A DNA stretch of 62,248 bases, filler included, from Choristocarpus tenellus KU-1152 (taxonomy: Eukaryota > Protista > Phaeophyceae): NCBI GenBank assembly GCA_964200185.2. It is 12 parts of 12 records of this genome, joined end to end, with 100 filler letters (N's around TTAATTAATTAA, not from the genome) between each part and the next. Parts side by side here need not be neighbours in the genome. Positions count along the whole stretch, not along the records: positions 37,890 to 40,508 come from CAXNAD020026217.1; positions 40,609 to 44,503 come from CAXNAD020017298.1; positions 44,604 to 47,571 come from CAXNAD020023290.1; positions 47,672 to 50,338 come from CAXNAD020025810.1; 8 more parts are not named here. One strand, 5' to 3'. Of the stretch, positions 38,126 to 49,740 are shown piece by piece. How positions within the stretch are numbered: the stretch's first letter is position 1; the number at the start of each line of letters is the position of its first letter. The notes below the pieces were generated by a model. It saw only the letters and a list, made by a program, of their open reading frames with translations. It was not told the DNA's origin and did no database searches. Made by a program: the position numbers and the translations under genes.

Positions 38126-38384
38126 GAGCCAATGTAACTTAGAGGGTTAGGGCCGCGTTCATTTGGGGGCCAAAATCCAATGTTGCGATTTTGATGTAAT
38201 TTTGGCTACCATGTTTGTTAGGAAGTGTCTGTATCCTTGTTCCGGACACACCTTTTCATAACATGTACATTTTACCTACTCCAAACCATTTTGGAGTGGA
38301 AAAATGTCATAAAAAAAACATGGGAAGCCAAGCCCCAAACGGACAAACAGAGCAATACTCATACCCTCTAAAATACTTCCACTA
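38126..38384 (+). mobile_element. MITE-A copy (diverged, no clean TSD)
   Basis: GAGCCAATGTAACTTAGAGGGT...TACCCTCTAAAATACTTCCACT. Confidence 0.88.
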
Positions 38385-38719
38385 TATAAAGAATGCTATA
38401 GCATGTTAAGCTGTCCTTCACGATCTGTTGTCCCACACAACCAGTTTATTATTTTTTATTCGCTTGTATCACGGTTGCGAAGAGAGTGAGACACTGGTCA
38501 TCACGAGATGGGGCTCACGAAGCCTTACAGCAAATGACTCAGAATATCAAATGACTCCATAGTTCTCTAGAACACGTCAGAAACGCACCGACTCTAACAC
38601 TCTGCCAATTGCTTCTGGTCAAATACCTCGCCTAAATATCCTCAATGTCCCGCATCATTTTCTGTGCATACATTAAATATTACTTCGAATCTTATTCTCA
38701 CAAATGGTCAACCATAATC

Positions 38720-38965
38720 TTGTCAGCGGGATTGACAGTCCCTTTTCTACTGTAGCCTCCTGTCCCTTTCCTCCCTACCATATGCGTAGCGCTACCTTAT
38801 CCAGAAACCTTTCCGCTTGCTTACCAAGCCACCCAAAACTTTCCACCGTGAAGATGTTGAGATTATAGCTACGAGGGGTCAAAAGAGCCCTTGAAGTGGG
38901 TGCGTTTTCGCGCCTCTGCAGCAGCAGCTGCACCATTGCTGGTGGATGAGTGTGGGGAGTGAGAC
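38720..38965 (-). mobile_element. Second CRE-like RLE-domain 3' fragment
   Basis: The - strand reads (with frameshifts) AAAAEARKRTHFKGSFDP..YNLNIFTVESFGWLGKQAERFL and aligns with 15861-16160. Confidence 0.7.
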
Positions 38966-39479
38966 GCTACCTGCACTTATGTAAACATGACATCTAGAAG
39001 GAGGCCTTTATCCTGGTAAGGAGCTGATCGGGTTTCCTATATATATTTTTTGCAGAACGATCGTCGACTTGACCACAGTCGATATAATATTATAGGGAGA
39101 AACAGTTTCAAAACTGTTCGGGTTTCCGACCACAACACAACATCTTTTAGAAGACTAATTTCTTTGGTGATTTTGTATATAGAAAACAAATATCTATCGT
39201 GAGGCAGGGTCCAAATCAGTCGTGGGGGGTGTTCAGAATCACCAGTTGTGTCATTTTGGGGTGCTTTCAGCAAACCCAAAACTTCCTCGGTCATCAAATC
39301 ATAGGAAATGTTTTGATGGGGTCTCAGAACCCACGGGTGATATCACATCTTTGTGAATGTTCAACCGTAAGTAGTCTGAGGGTCCTCAAACTTTTTCTAT
39401 GTTCGTTGTTGGCGGGGAAGTCACCAATGACAAAGAAACGTGTACACAATAAGCTTGTGTGTGCGCGTGGATGTGGATT

Positions 39480-40508
39480 GGACTAAGATTAGCTCTCAAA
39501 GGGAACTAACTGTCTGTGACAGACAAGTATAAAGTTCAACAAAATATAACAAAATATGTCATAAAATGTCAAAGAACAGAATAAAAAATAAATGGCACAA
39601 ACCTGCTCAAGACCAACAGTACACAGCATAAAGTGGTATCAGTAGCTTCCCCCTCTGTGGCAATCTTGTTTTGTTTCATCGCATCGCCACAACAGTTATA
39701 CAATAATATGTATCTCAAATGAAAGGGTATGACAAGAGCTTTTGAAGGTTTGTATCCATGAATAACCAGACTTCGGGGAACGGGAGTTATGTCTCGATCG
39801 AATAATGGCAAAAGCGCGCCAGAACATCTCTAGTGCAATTTTGAGTGTCACGACTTCAAAAGGACAAAAATGAAGTGGTTGGCTGAACTTGCAAAAACCT
39901 GGTCCGAGGAAGGTCGCTGGCCAAGTGTGGCACGTGTGGTAATACCGAGAAAACCTCCAAGATTTCCAGACATATTTATAACGTCATTTGCAGACTTTCT
40001 GTGAGCACACACACACGCGTGAGACTTACACAGCAACATGAACCACAGTGGTGGGACAAGGAGAGCCGCCGAGGCCACTCTACCCCCTGGATCTACCCTC
40101 GGCACCTTCTCTGTCGAGAGGCGACGGCAAAGCAAGTACTGTGTCACACTCAGTGCAATGTTAGGTGTCGAGAAAGTGCGAGTAGTGTGGCGCAGCAGCA
40201 TGATCAAATCGCGCAAGAGTGAAAGTATCTTAGAGGGTACGAGTTTTGCCCTGTTTGTTCATGTGGGGCTTGGCTTCCCATATTTTTTTATGACATTTTT
40301 CCTACTCCAAAATATTTCGAGTAGGTAAAATGTATACGTTATGAAAAGGTGTGTCCGGAATAAGGATATAGAGACATCCTAACAAACACGATAGCCAACA
40401 CTACATCAAATCGCAACATTGGATTGTGACCCCCAAATGGACACTGATCTACCCTGCTCTAGGATACTTTGGCTCCAATGGATCACGCGGCTGCGACGCT
40501 GATGCTGA
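39480..40508 (+). mobile_element. 5' part of a dispersed repeat (probable DNA transposon), interrupted by MITE-A
   Basis: Homologous over ~700 bp to 45335-46045 (e.g. GTCACGACTTCAAAA, AATGAAGTGGTTGGCTGAACT, GGAGAGCCGCCGAGGCCACTCTACC). Confidence 0.75.
40217..40475 (-). mobile_element. MITE-A copy, 3-bp TSD CAA (empty site visible at ~46000-46040)
   Basis: caa|GAGTGAAAGTATCTTAGAGGGTA...CTCTAGGATACTTTGGCTC|caa. Confidence 0.93.
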
Positions 40509-40608
40509 NNNNNNNNNNNNNNNNNNNNNNNNNNNNNNNNNNNNNNNNNNNNTTAATTAATTAANNNNNNNNNNNNNNNNNNNNNNNNNNNNNNNNNNNN
40601 NNNNNNNN

Positions 40609-41056
40609 GGGATGACTGGAAATCAGTGACAAAAGGGGTTCGCACTTAGTGGGTCATCAAATGTAGGGGGTGACTGGAAATCGGTGACGAAGGGGGCTCA
40701 CACTGGTTGGTCATCTCATGGGGGAAGTGACTGGAAATAAGTGATGAAAGGGGTCGCACTGTTTGGTCATCAAATGTGTGGGGTAACTGGAAATCAGTGG
40801 CGAAAGGGGTTCGCACTGGTTGGTCATTAGAGTTGGGGAGCAACTAGGAAACCAGTGGCGAAGAGGTCGCACTGGGTTGGTCATTAGAGGTGGGGGGTGA
40901 CTAGACATCAGGGGCGAATGGGTCGCACTGGTTGGTCATCTCATGGGGGGAGCGGAGCGACTGGAAATAAGTGACAAAAGAGGTTCGCACTGGTTGGTCA
41001 TTAGAGCTAGGGAGTAAAGTGGAAACCAGTGGCGAAGAGGTCGTACTGGGCTGGTC
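40609..41056. repeat. ~57-bp minisatellite x8, directly downstream of the Copia gag
   Basis: Units (GACTGGAAAT.AGTG.C.AA.GGGGT.CGCACTGGTTGGTCAT...) start at ~40614, 40672, 40729, 40785, 40842, 40899, 40959 and 41017. Confidence 0.92.
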
Positions 41057-41949
41057 AGAATAGGGGATACATACCTTTCCTTACATTGCCATGCATTGCC
41101 AATACCCCATCATGCCCATCTTGGCCTGAGTGAAGGTAAGTTGTCGACAAAATGATTGCCCGCTTGAGCTCCTCATAGCTAATGTCCAGGCGCGTTATTA
41201 ATTGCACGAACTCATGTGGTATCGCTTCCTTGATCCCGAGCAGTATAGATGCCCTCTTCATATATTCCGATTTGGGCTCCTTGAGCTCCTCGAATTCCGC
41301 AAATAGTCGCTCTTGTTTAACGACGAAATCGGTGCTGTCCTGAGACGCTGTGCACCGTAGTTCTCAGAGTTTCGCCTCCAAAGTGATGACCTACACGGGG
41401 ATCTTGTCCTCCGCGCGTCCTCCATAGACTCTTTCTAGTTCTATCCAGGCCCCTCTGCCATCTGGTTGACCCCCATTTTCGTATCTCGCAACGATTGCCA
41501 ATGCTGATCCCTTTGTTGTATGAATAAGGAGGAACCATAATGCCTTGTTCTTCATATACATGGCATGTGCCGTTCGCACTGCCTCTCCCGAGATGGTGGT
41601 GGGTGTATCAGGAATCTCGTTTTCCCTCATCGTAACCTCAAGAACAAACCCTTTCCACCAGCGTGGCCTATTAATGACAGTCTCCAAGTGGACCAGGTCT
41701 CCAATGACCTTCCTGTGGCCCCCATCCAGACAGCAAGTTTCTTCAGGTCGGTCTCCATACTACTAAGGCTCATAACCTGCACAATTTACCTTGGGAGGTA
41801 ACGCTAGTTATCAATAGTGAAGACAAGAAGGTGGGAAGCCTCACACGATCCCCTTTGCTGAACGTGGAAAGAATGGATGGAATTAGAAGAGTGACCTTTG
41901 TGGGGTATCTTCCTATTGCTTATTTTATTATTATTATTTGTTTCCTACA
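41055..41949 (-). mobile_element. Ty1/Copia 5' part: putative LTR (41949-41778), PBS (41777-41767) and frameshifted gag
   Basis: ...TGTGCA|GGTTATGAGCC is a copia-type PBS. ATG at 41758, with gag-like KNKALWFLLIHTTKGSALAIVARYE...DGRGAWIELERVYGG. The LTR 5' boundary is tentative. Confidence 0.8.
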
Positions 41950-42726
41950 TAAGTCAACGGTTATGTCAAAGCAGTTGAATGCAAAATAAAACCCATACAT
42001 AATCCCATTCATAATCCAAATGTACTTTCTCATTAGTTACATCACATGGATTCAATCAAAATGATAATCTCTCATACACAAAATAAGGTACACCTCACTA
42101 TTGTCCTATTTTGCACAAGGTCAGGATGATGAAGGTCGAGCGTGGCACAGAGATGGATTTAGGATAGGACGCGTGGTGTTTGAAGGTTTGTGTCAGCGCT
42201 TGTAGATGGGCTTAGGGCAAGCGTAGGGGGAAGTGTTACTGGGGGCTGCGATGCATACCGTTCATAGTTTTATGTAAGGCGTGAAATGTTTGAGGGATTG
42301 CTGTGTTTTTTTTTTGTGATGATGTGACAGTGTTAGGAAAATGGTTGAACAACGCCTTACCCTGTGTACAAAAAAAAAGGGTTAAGACGTGGTTGCAGGT
42401 TTTATAAGGATTTAGTAGCAAAGGTGAGAAGCGATGTAAGTGGTTAGAGCCTATGTCATTCACCACTGTTAGGTTAGGGTCAACCCCAGCCCCCCTTATG
42501 GCAAAGAACGGTTTTGGTGAGAACAAATATTGACGTAGTCGTGTGGAGTTAGGGTTGCCAAGATTGGTGTACGTACTTCATGTGATTTCTTTCGGACCAT
42601 TTCGAGATAGGAATGTGAACCCAAACACTGCACCAGAGGCACGGGTTTACAACAGGGATACCTTTTGTTGGCAATTATTTGCCAACAAAAAACCTGGATT
42701 TTCAGAGTTGTTGAAAGGATGAAGTA

Positions 42727-44503
42727 CAGTGTTGACATGGTGAGTGCAACAAGGTGCATACAATGAGTGTTAGTTACATACGCTTTTTTCCTGCGAAAAG
42801 AGTGTCGTTTCCTCATTGTCTAGATCATCAACATCTCTGTACCATAGGTCTGTGCCGCGTTGTCCATAACGTCTTGAAGATGATGAAATTCATTTCTGAA
42901 AGAAGATTTGGAATCCTTGGCGAATTTCTGGATAGGGTCAGCTATTTTTAATATTGCTACTCCTCATTCATCATAATATTATCAGCCATAGAAAATGCCT
43001 CCATGTCTACCTTCTGCGTGTTTTCAAGGTCACCAGAAACCTGTCTCTTCCTTACCCCTGTGTGCTCCACACTGAAGTCATTCCCCCCTTTGTATCTAAG
43101 TAATTGATTGTACACCACAAAAGGGAGCTGCCAAGCCCTCTCAAGTGGGATTCCATCATACTCCTCATACTCTTTCTTAATGACCTTCACCATCTCCTCA
43201 ACGGACCCAAACAGCTACCCCATCACCCAGTATTTCAAAGACCTAAGAAGCACAGGTCCATGACATTGAGGTCGGGGGAGTTAGATGGTTGTGTCACAAG
43301 CCTAATCGACCACTCCTCAATCTTCCCTGCCCCTGACAAGATTTCTGAGTTGCCATTGCCCGTGTGGGGGGTGGCACCGTCTTGCCGAACAATAACATGC
43401 TTCCCCTGCAACCAAGGCATCTTGGTCTTGATTGCAGGCAGTACCTCCTCCGTGTACCACTTGCTGTACCACAAATGGTCTAAAGTATGGTCCTGCTCAT
43501 ACACATCCCCCCTTTTATGGTTCGTGCTTGTCCTGTCTGTCGTTTTTGGTGTGCACACACGCCAAATACCAAGCTTTCCATCAAAGTTGTGAGCCGAGTC
43601 TGGGCGGGCATTGTCTGCAATGACCATGGTTTTGGGGATATGACTCTTGTGCTGCACAGTAGGGGACCCAGGAGGGTCGCTATCATTCTCATGCGGAAAT
43701 ACCCTAAACCCTTTCGAGTCAAAGTATCTTAGAGGGCAGAGCCCCGTCTATTTGGGGACCAAACTCCTATGTCGTAATTTTGATGTAATTTTGACTTTCA
43801 TGTTTGTTAGGAGATGTCAATATCCTTGTTCCGGACACACCTTTTCATAACGTATACATTTTACCTACTCCGAAACATTTTGGAGTAGGTAAAATGTCAT
43901 TAATAACCCGTGGGGATCCAAGTCCAAAATTGACAAACAGGGAAAAACTTGTACCCTCTAAGATACTTTAACTCCTTTCCCCATCATCCATCACGTAAAT
44001 CCAGGTTTCCTCCACATGGGTTGTGTTTGCCATGGAGGCGTACATAGGACGTTTCAGGTCCATTTGATCACAAACAATCTCCATTCTCCATACCTTTTGC
44101 CACGATTTAAGCTTGGGTTTGATCCAGCGGCGATTCGGCATGGTCCCCATATCACCCAACCACCTGTTTATGGTGCTAGTGCTATAATTCAGCCCCTTGG
44201 CAATTATCTTCATTATCACCTGACACACTGTGGATGACTTATTATTGGAGATGACGCTATGTATTGCGACCAACTTGGTCGATGTGAGCGCCAAAGGCCG
44301 CCCACAACAAGCCGCCTCCCCTAGGTCAAGCGTGTGGCCACAGGCAAGCTGATTGACAGTGTCTTCCAGAGCCCTCGCATGTAACGCTCAGACACTCCTA
44401 ACTCCGCTGCGAGGGCCGTCCCAACCTCTCGCGGCAGTTTATATGCCCACCAGGGACCATCGTGAGGGCGTGCCGCACTGCAAGCACAACCCTGTTATTC
44501 AAG
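42727..44503 (-). mobile_element. Tc1/mariner element, plant/oomycete mariner-like (DD39D-related) transposase pseudogene
   Basis: Frames 44294-43975, ~43715-43235 and 43193-42957 give THVEETWIY...QHKSHIPKTM...ARP...FDGKLGIW...VLPAIKTKMP...VRQDGATPH...QPSNSPDLNVMDLCF. TA|CAGTG terminus at 42725-42731. Inactivated by frameshifts and a MITE insertion. Confidence 0.92.
43716..43974 (+). mobile_element. MITE-A copy inside the mariner transposase, 5-bp TSD CTTTC
   Basis: ctttc|GAGTCAAAGTATCTTAGAGGGCA...TACCCTCTAAGATACTTTAACTC|ctttc. Confidence 0.93.
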
Positions 44504-44603
44504 NNNNNNNNNNNNNNNNNNNNNNNNNNNNNNNNNNNNNNNNNNNNTTAATTAATTAANNNNNNNNNNNNNNNNNNNNNNNNNNNNNNNNNNNNNNNNN
44601 NNN

Positions 44604-44704
44604 GTGCGTTAGCCTGTGAATTGGATTTGACTTGTACATCCTGGAAAGGTGAGCATTGAGGGGCGCCTGTAACAGACCCCCTCCCCCCCCAGATACTTTG
44701 GGCC
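44604..44704. mobile_element. MITE-B-type terminus with a different interior, at contig start
   Basis: GACCCCCTCCCCCCCCAGATACTTTGGGCC. Confidence 0.6.
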
Positions 44705-45008
44705 AGGAGGAACTGGAGGCAACTGAGGCAAGAAGTAGTGACTAGGAACTAGATACAACATTGACCTAATGGGGAGGTCAAGCTCGGGCGGCATAGGAGT
44801 TAGTCTAGTTCCAAGCGACATGATGGGAGTGGATGGAGGTGGAGTGTTTTGAATGATTGTGGGGTGTCCTTCGATGATTGTGGAGTTCATGGAGGAATGT
44901 GGAGTGTCATGGCTGGAGGTGGAGTGTTTTGGGAGGATTGATGTTAGAGTGGATTCGCGGAAAATGATCGTACTGGTTGGTCATGGGATACCCAGGGTGA
45001 AAATTGTT

Positions 45009-45267
45009 GAGTTAAAGTATCTTAGAGGGTAGAGCCGCGTCGATATGGGAACCATAATCCGATGTCGTAATTTTGATGTAATTTTGGCTTTCATGTTTGT
45101 TAGGAGATGTCAATATCCTTGTTCCGGACACACCTTTTCATAACGTATACATTTCACCTACTCCGAAACATTTCGGAGTAGGTAAAATGTCATTAAAAAC
45201 CTGTTGGGAGCCAATCCCCAAATGGACAAACAGGGCAAAACTCGTACCCTCTAAGATACCTAAACTC
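45009..45267 (+). mobile_element. MITE-A copy, 3-bp TSD GTT
   Basis: gtt|GAGTTAAAGTATCTTAGAGGGTA...TACCCTCTAAGATACCTAAACTC|gtt. Confidence 0.93.
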
Positions 45268-45334
45268 GTTTTCACTGGTTGATGACTGGATTGTTTGGTG
45301 AAGGGAAACCAATGATGGAGTGGAGTGGATGTAA

Positions 45335-46773
45335 GGCTAAGACGAGGCTAACAAATGAATCCAGAATTAGTGAGAAATAATTACACAAAAATATGGCGAT
45401 TAGTGTATGTATACCAAGGTGGTACCAGTAGCTTCACCCTCTGTTGCAATTCTGCTTTTTCTCATCGGAGGGCTGCAACAGATATACAACAATATATATA
45501 TCAAATGGAAGCTTATGACAAGACATTTTGGAGGTTTGTATGCAGGAATGTAGAAACTTCGGTGAACAGGAACTATGTCTCAAAAAAATAATGGAAAAAC
45601 GCAGGGGCATAATCTTCGGCGCAATTTAGAAGGTCACGACTTCAAAACTTGCAAAAATGAAGTGGTTGGCTGAACTCCTTGCAGAAAACTGGTCTGGGGT
45701 ATGTCGCTGCCCAACTTTGGGTGGTGCGGTCCTCATCGAAAAAAAAGCAGAAACCCCCCCTCAAGATTTTCCTCTTCTTAACGCCTTTTGCAGACTTTTT
45801 TTGTGAGCACACACACACGTGACTTACATAACAACATGAACCTCGACGGTGAGACAAGGAGAGCCGCCGAGGCCACTCTACCTCTGGATCTACCCTCGGC
45901 ACCTTCCCTGTCGAGAGAGGCCGGAAAAACAAGTACCGTGTGAAACTCAGTGCGATGTTAGGTGACGCGAAAGTGCAAGTATTGTGGCGCAGCAACATGA
46001 TCGAATCACGAAACGGACCACGCGGTTGCGACACTGACGCTGAGAGAAGATGCATTGAAAGCATTAACACACAAACGTGTTTGGGTCTTCAACCACGTCG
46101 GAGCACGGCTATCCAGTCTCTGCCGCCTTGGGAAAGCAGGAAGAGAACAGCGAGTCCATCACCAGGTGTGGTACAGTGATGAAGTCTGTGGGGAAGCCTG
46201 GTCACGGGAGGCGAAGGGAGAATCAGAGTGGCCGGCTGAAGGGAAGGTTGGGGAAGAGAGCAGTGTGACTACGTGCCATTGTGCTAAGGAAACGCCTAAG
46301 CGAAAACCCGGGTGTAGAATATCTTAGTAGTCGACAGTTACAGCAGGCCCTGGCTGTTTGGAAGCTATGAGAGCCAGAGTGGCTCAAAGAAACGAGAAAG
46401 AAGGTGTTAGGGTTGGGCTACAAGGGCTCTGAAGCCCGAAAGAAGGTAACCCATTTCCGGCGCTCAATGAGGAAATGTGATTGTAAAGACTCAAATACTG
46501 CGAATCCTGTACCTGTGTATGAACGATGGGAAAGACTGTCAAACAGCGCTCGATATGGCAGCAGGATAGGCGATGGTCAGGTCGGAAACTGTGAGTAAAT
46601 GGGAGAGAGACCTCCTAGCTAAGGGCCACATCAAGGTCTCGGAGCAAGGGCGTGACGAGAGGTGTTTCGTTCTGGGCCTCGACGAGGATATCCTTGCCGA
46701 GGTCAAAGAGTGGGTGCGCGAACACACAGAAAGGGTAGGGAGACCCTTTTCCTGTCTAAACCCTATACTTTAA
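45335..46773 (+). mobile_element. Dispersed repeat with a decayed transposase-like ORF (N-terminal part)
   Basis: Second copy of the 39480 repeat. It continues into broken frames ending WERDLLAKGHIKVSEQGRDERCFVLGLDEDILAEVKEWVREHTERVGRP, reminiscent of the N-terminal region of some IS630/Tc1-related transposases (by eye). Confidence 0.55.
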
Positions 46774-47198
46774 TCAAGTAATAGTATATCTGTTGACCTA
46801 CAATCCAGGGTTCGAACCCCAATGTGACCGCTCTTTCTTCAAAAAAAGAAAAAATGACAAAACAAATGCAGCCCATAGTCTGGAGGGCATTGTGACGGGC
46901 ATCATGAACATGCTTTTATTTTTTAAATCCGATGTCTGCATCAAAAGTTTTGAGGGGACAACCCCAGCTACTGATACTGCTATATTTTGTATATTATTAT
47001 TACCACTACCACTAGTATCAGGTAGGGATAAATATGTACGAAAAACAAGAAAGGTGAAGTGGAGAACGAATCGAACTTGATATCTAGGACAATAGCGACC
47101 AGATAAGAGGAAATATAATACTCATGTAAAGAAACCCCATATTTACTATATGGCATACGCTAACCACAACACAAATGTACTATCTATAAAACAACACA

Positions 47199-47571
47199 TG
47201 TGAATCGTGTGATTCTGTGGCGACGTGGTTCACTCAGACAAGGGTGGCGAAGAGAATCACCGGGCAAGACGGACCAGACGAACAAGGACGAGCCGTGACC
47301 GTGGGTGCGAGGTTAAGGTTGGCCAAGCATAAACTTAGGAGTGAGCACCATCAAAGGTGGGGCTTCATCACCACCAGTCAAGATGCGAGAACAAAGAAAG
47401 TTTTCCATGTGTGACATTCGGACAGAAAGTCTGTCCGTGGAATCATGGATTCTTGACACGAGAACCTTAATCGGTACCACGGTATATGGCATACGAGCAA
47501 TACGGTATAATAACAGACAAACATGCTTTCCACATCACCCCCCCCTCTGATCGGCCTTAAAGTTATGTAAA
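47199..47571 (-). mobile_element. LTR (47534-47199) plus PPT, same family as 28987-29344
   Basis: Reverse-complement match with the same TG...CA boundaries and adjacent purine tract. Confidence 0.8.
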
Positions 47572-47739
47572 NNNNNNNNNNNNNNNNNNNNNNNNNNNNN
47601 NNNNNNNNNNNNNNNTTAATTAATTAANNNNNNNNNNNNNNNNNNNNNNNNNNNNNNNNNNNNNNNNNNNNACTAGGTATACATGTTTCACGCTTACCAC
47701 AGGCGATTGTCACCGGTTAAGACAATAGGTATTACCTGT

Positions 47740-49740
47740 CACCTCAGATCACGCTGTAGCAGCATGAGGTAGTTGCCATCACACAAAAGAGGGGCTCCAG
47801 TTCCAACTTGTCAGTTGTTTCCAACCCTGGGACCTCGGTTCCAAATTCCAGATAGTTCCAACGAATGATTTGACATATCTCCCAGTTTCTTCTTGAGAAT
47901 ATTTCCTCAAAAGTCTTAAGACACAGTCAGAATCAATAAATATCTGAGCTAATCAGAGTATATATTTTTGTAAGAAATATATACCTTCAACTAGGTTCGG
48001 AATCGATCAACACATGTCCATGTTTTTCTTGGGATAATTTATCCTAAGAGGTACAGAATAAAATGTGCCTCTCGGCTAGTCTGAGTATGTACTTGCTCTT
48101 TCTAAAACATCTTCAAAAATTGCAAAGTATACATCTCTGACATGGCCTAAAATGAATGGGACCCCAGTTCCGATCACCTTAATCACAAATATGATTCATC
48201 TCCACAATTCTTTTAAAAAGAGTCCATCCACAAGGTCAGGGGATGTACTCTTAGTCAAATTGTGTCTCCCTAATCTAAATATGCCTGTTCTTTTGGGCTG
48301 GGACTTCAGGATAACAAAATCGAGAAAATAAGAAAATCCAAAAATAAAACAAAAGAAGAATGTATCCTATATAACCACTTACTACAAGTGATTGTTACTG
48401 GTGAAGACAATAGACATCATTAATAGCCTCAAATCATCCTGTAGCAGGGAGAAGGAAGAGCAGAAAAATATGCCTAACTCCTACTAGGCCTAAACATGTA
48501 TCCCTATCTTACTTGGGGAAATCTATCTGCGTCTAGCCTAATTCTGAGGATATATGAATTCTCTCTAAGGTATAGCTATCCTAGAGTGCCAAGTATCATC
48601 TGGTTATTGCCGAAAATATGCCCAACTCCTACTAGGCCTAAACATGTATCCCTATCTTACTTGGGGCAATCTGTCTGCGTCTAACCTAATATAAGTATAA
48701 CTTTGTTCTTTGTAAAGTATAGCTTACTTAAGGTGCTGAGTATCATCTGATTATTGCCTGCCTCATGCCCCCCAGCACGAAGCATTCTGACGACTGCTAG
48801 TGCGTAAAACAGGCAATAACATCAACATCAGCGCCCAAAATAAATAATAAATAAAATAAAATAGAGGATACAAGGGACAGAACAGAAAGAATTGAAGGTA
48901 GAGCATAGTAAGGGCACAAGGGGGTACCTGGTCTGACAGAAAGGGAGAAAGAAAAAATGAAAAAAAAATGAAATAAAAAATGAAGAAAAAAAAAGAAAGC
49001 ATCCTATGAAAGCTACTGTCTGGTCTGATACGGGTTACTTCATAATTCTGACTTTTGCTATCCTATGTTCCATGCAAGGACTACCTGTTCCATGCTTTCT
49101 ACAGGTAATATTCATTATCTGGATAATAAATATCCATCACCTTAGATCATGCTGCGGCGGCATGCATAACTGCCATTTGGTAACATAGGGGCTTCAGTTC
49201 AGACTCTGCCAGTTTTCTCCGACATAGGGACTCCAGTTCCAAATTGACCCATGTATTCCAACAATGATATACAATCCCCTCGTTTCCTTTGAGAACGGAT
49301 CCTCAAAAGTCGTAAGGCACAGTCAAGATCAATATATGTCTGACCAGATAACAGTATATAGTTTTATTAAAAATATATATATGTAACTCAACTAGCCTCA
49401 AAACAGGTCAGCAAATGTCCTTGTTTAACGTAGGAAAACTTTCCAAAGGGTCAGAATACCATTAGAGTCAGATTGCCCCTGGCCTAGTCTGAGTATACAT
49501 TTGTTCTTTCTGAAACATACCTTCAAAATTTACAAAGTATATAGCTCTGATTGGTCGTACAATTTGTGCGTCTTCCTTTCCAATCTTCCCGGTCATATAA
49601 ATGCAAGTGCTATCAAGGGATTAGACTCATGTCATTCACGACCTACACAGCATTTGATTATTGCCTGTCCTACGCCCCCCATGCATAAAACATACTCAAG
49701 GCTGCTAGTGTGCAAAACAGGCAATGAAAAAAGAAATAAA
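47740..49740. repeat. Old nested tandem duplications (~1.4-kb offset, plus a 148-bp doublet)
   Basis: 47740-48140 resembles 49139-49550. 48469-48616 resembles 48617-48760. 48765-48815 resembles 49670-49725. Confidence 0.75.

Noticed and set aside
40609-41056. 57-bp array as a CRISPR-like repeat-spacer locus
   Set aside because: The variable parts are homologous to each other rather than unique spacers, and the array lies within a Copia element.
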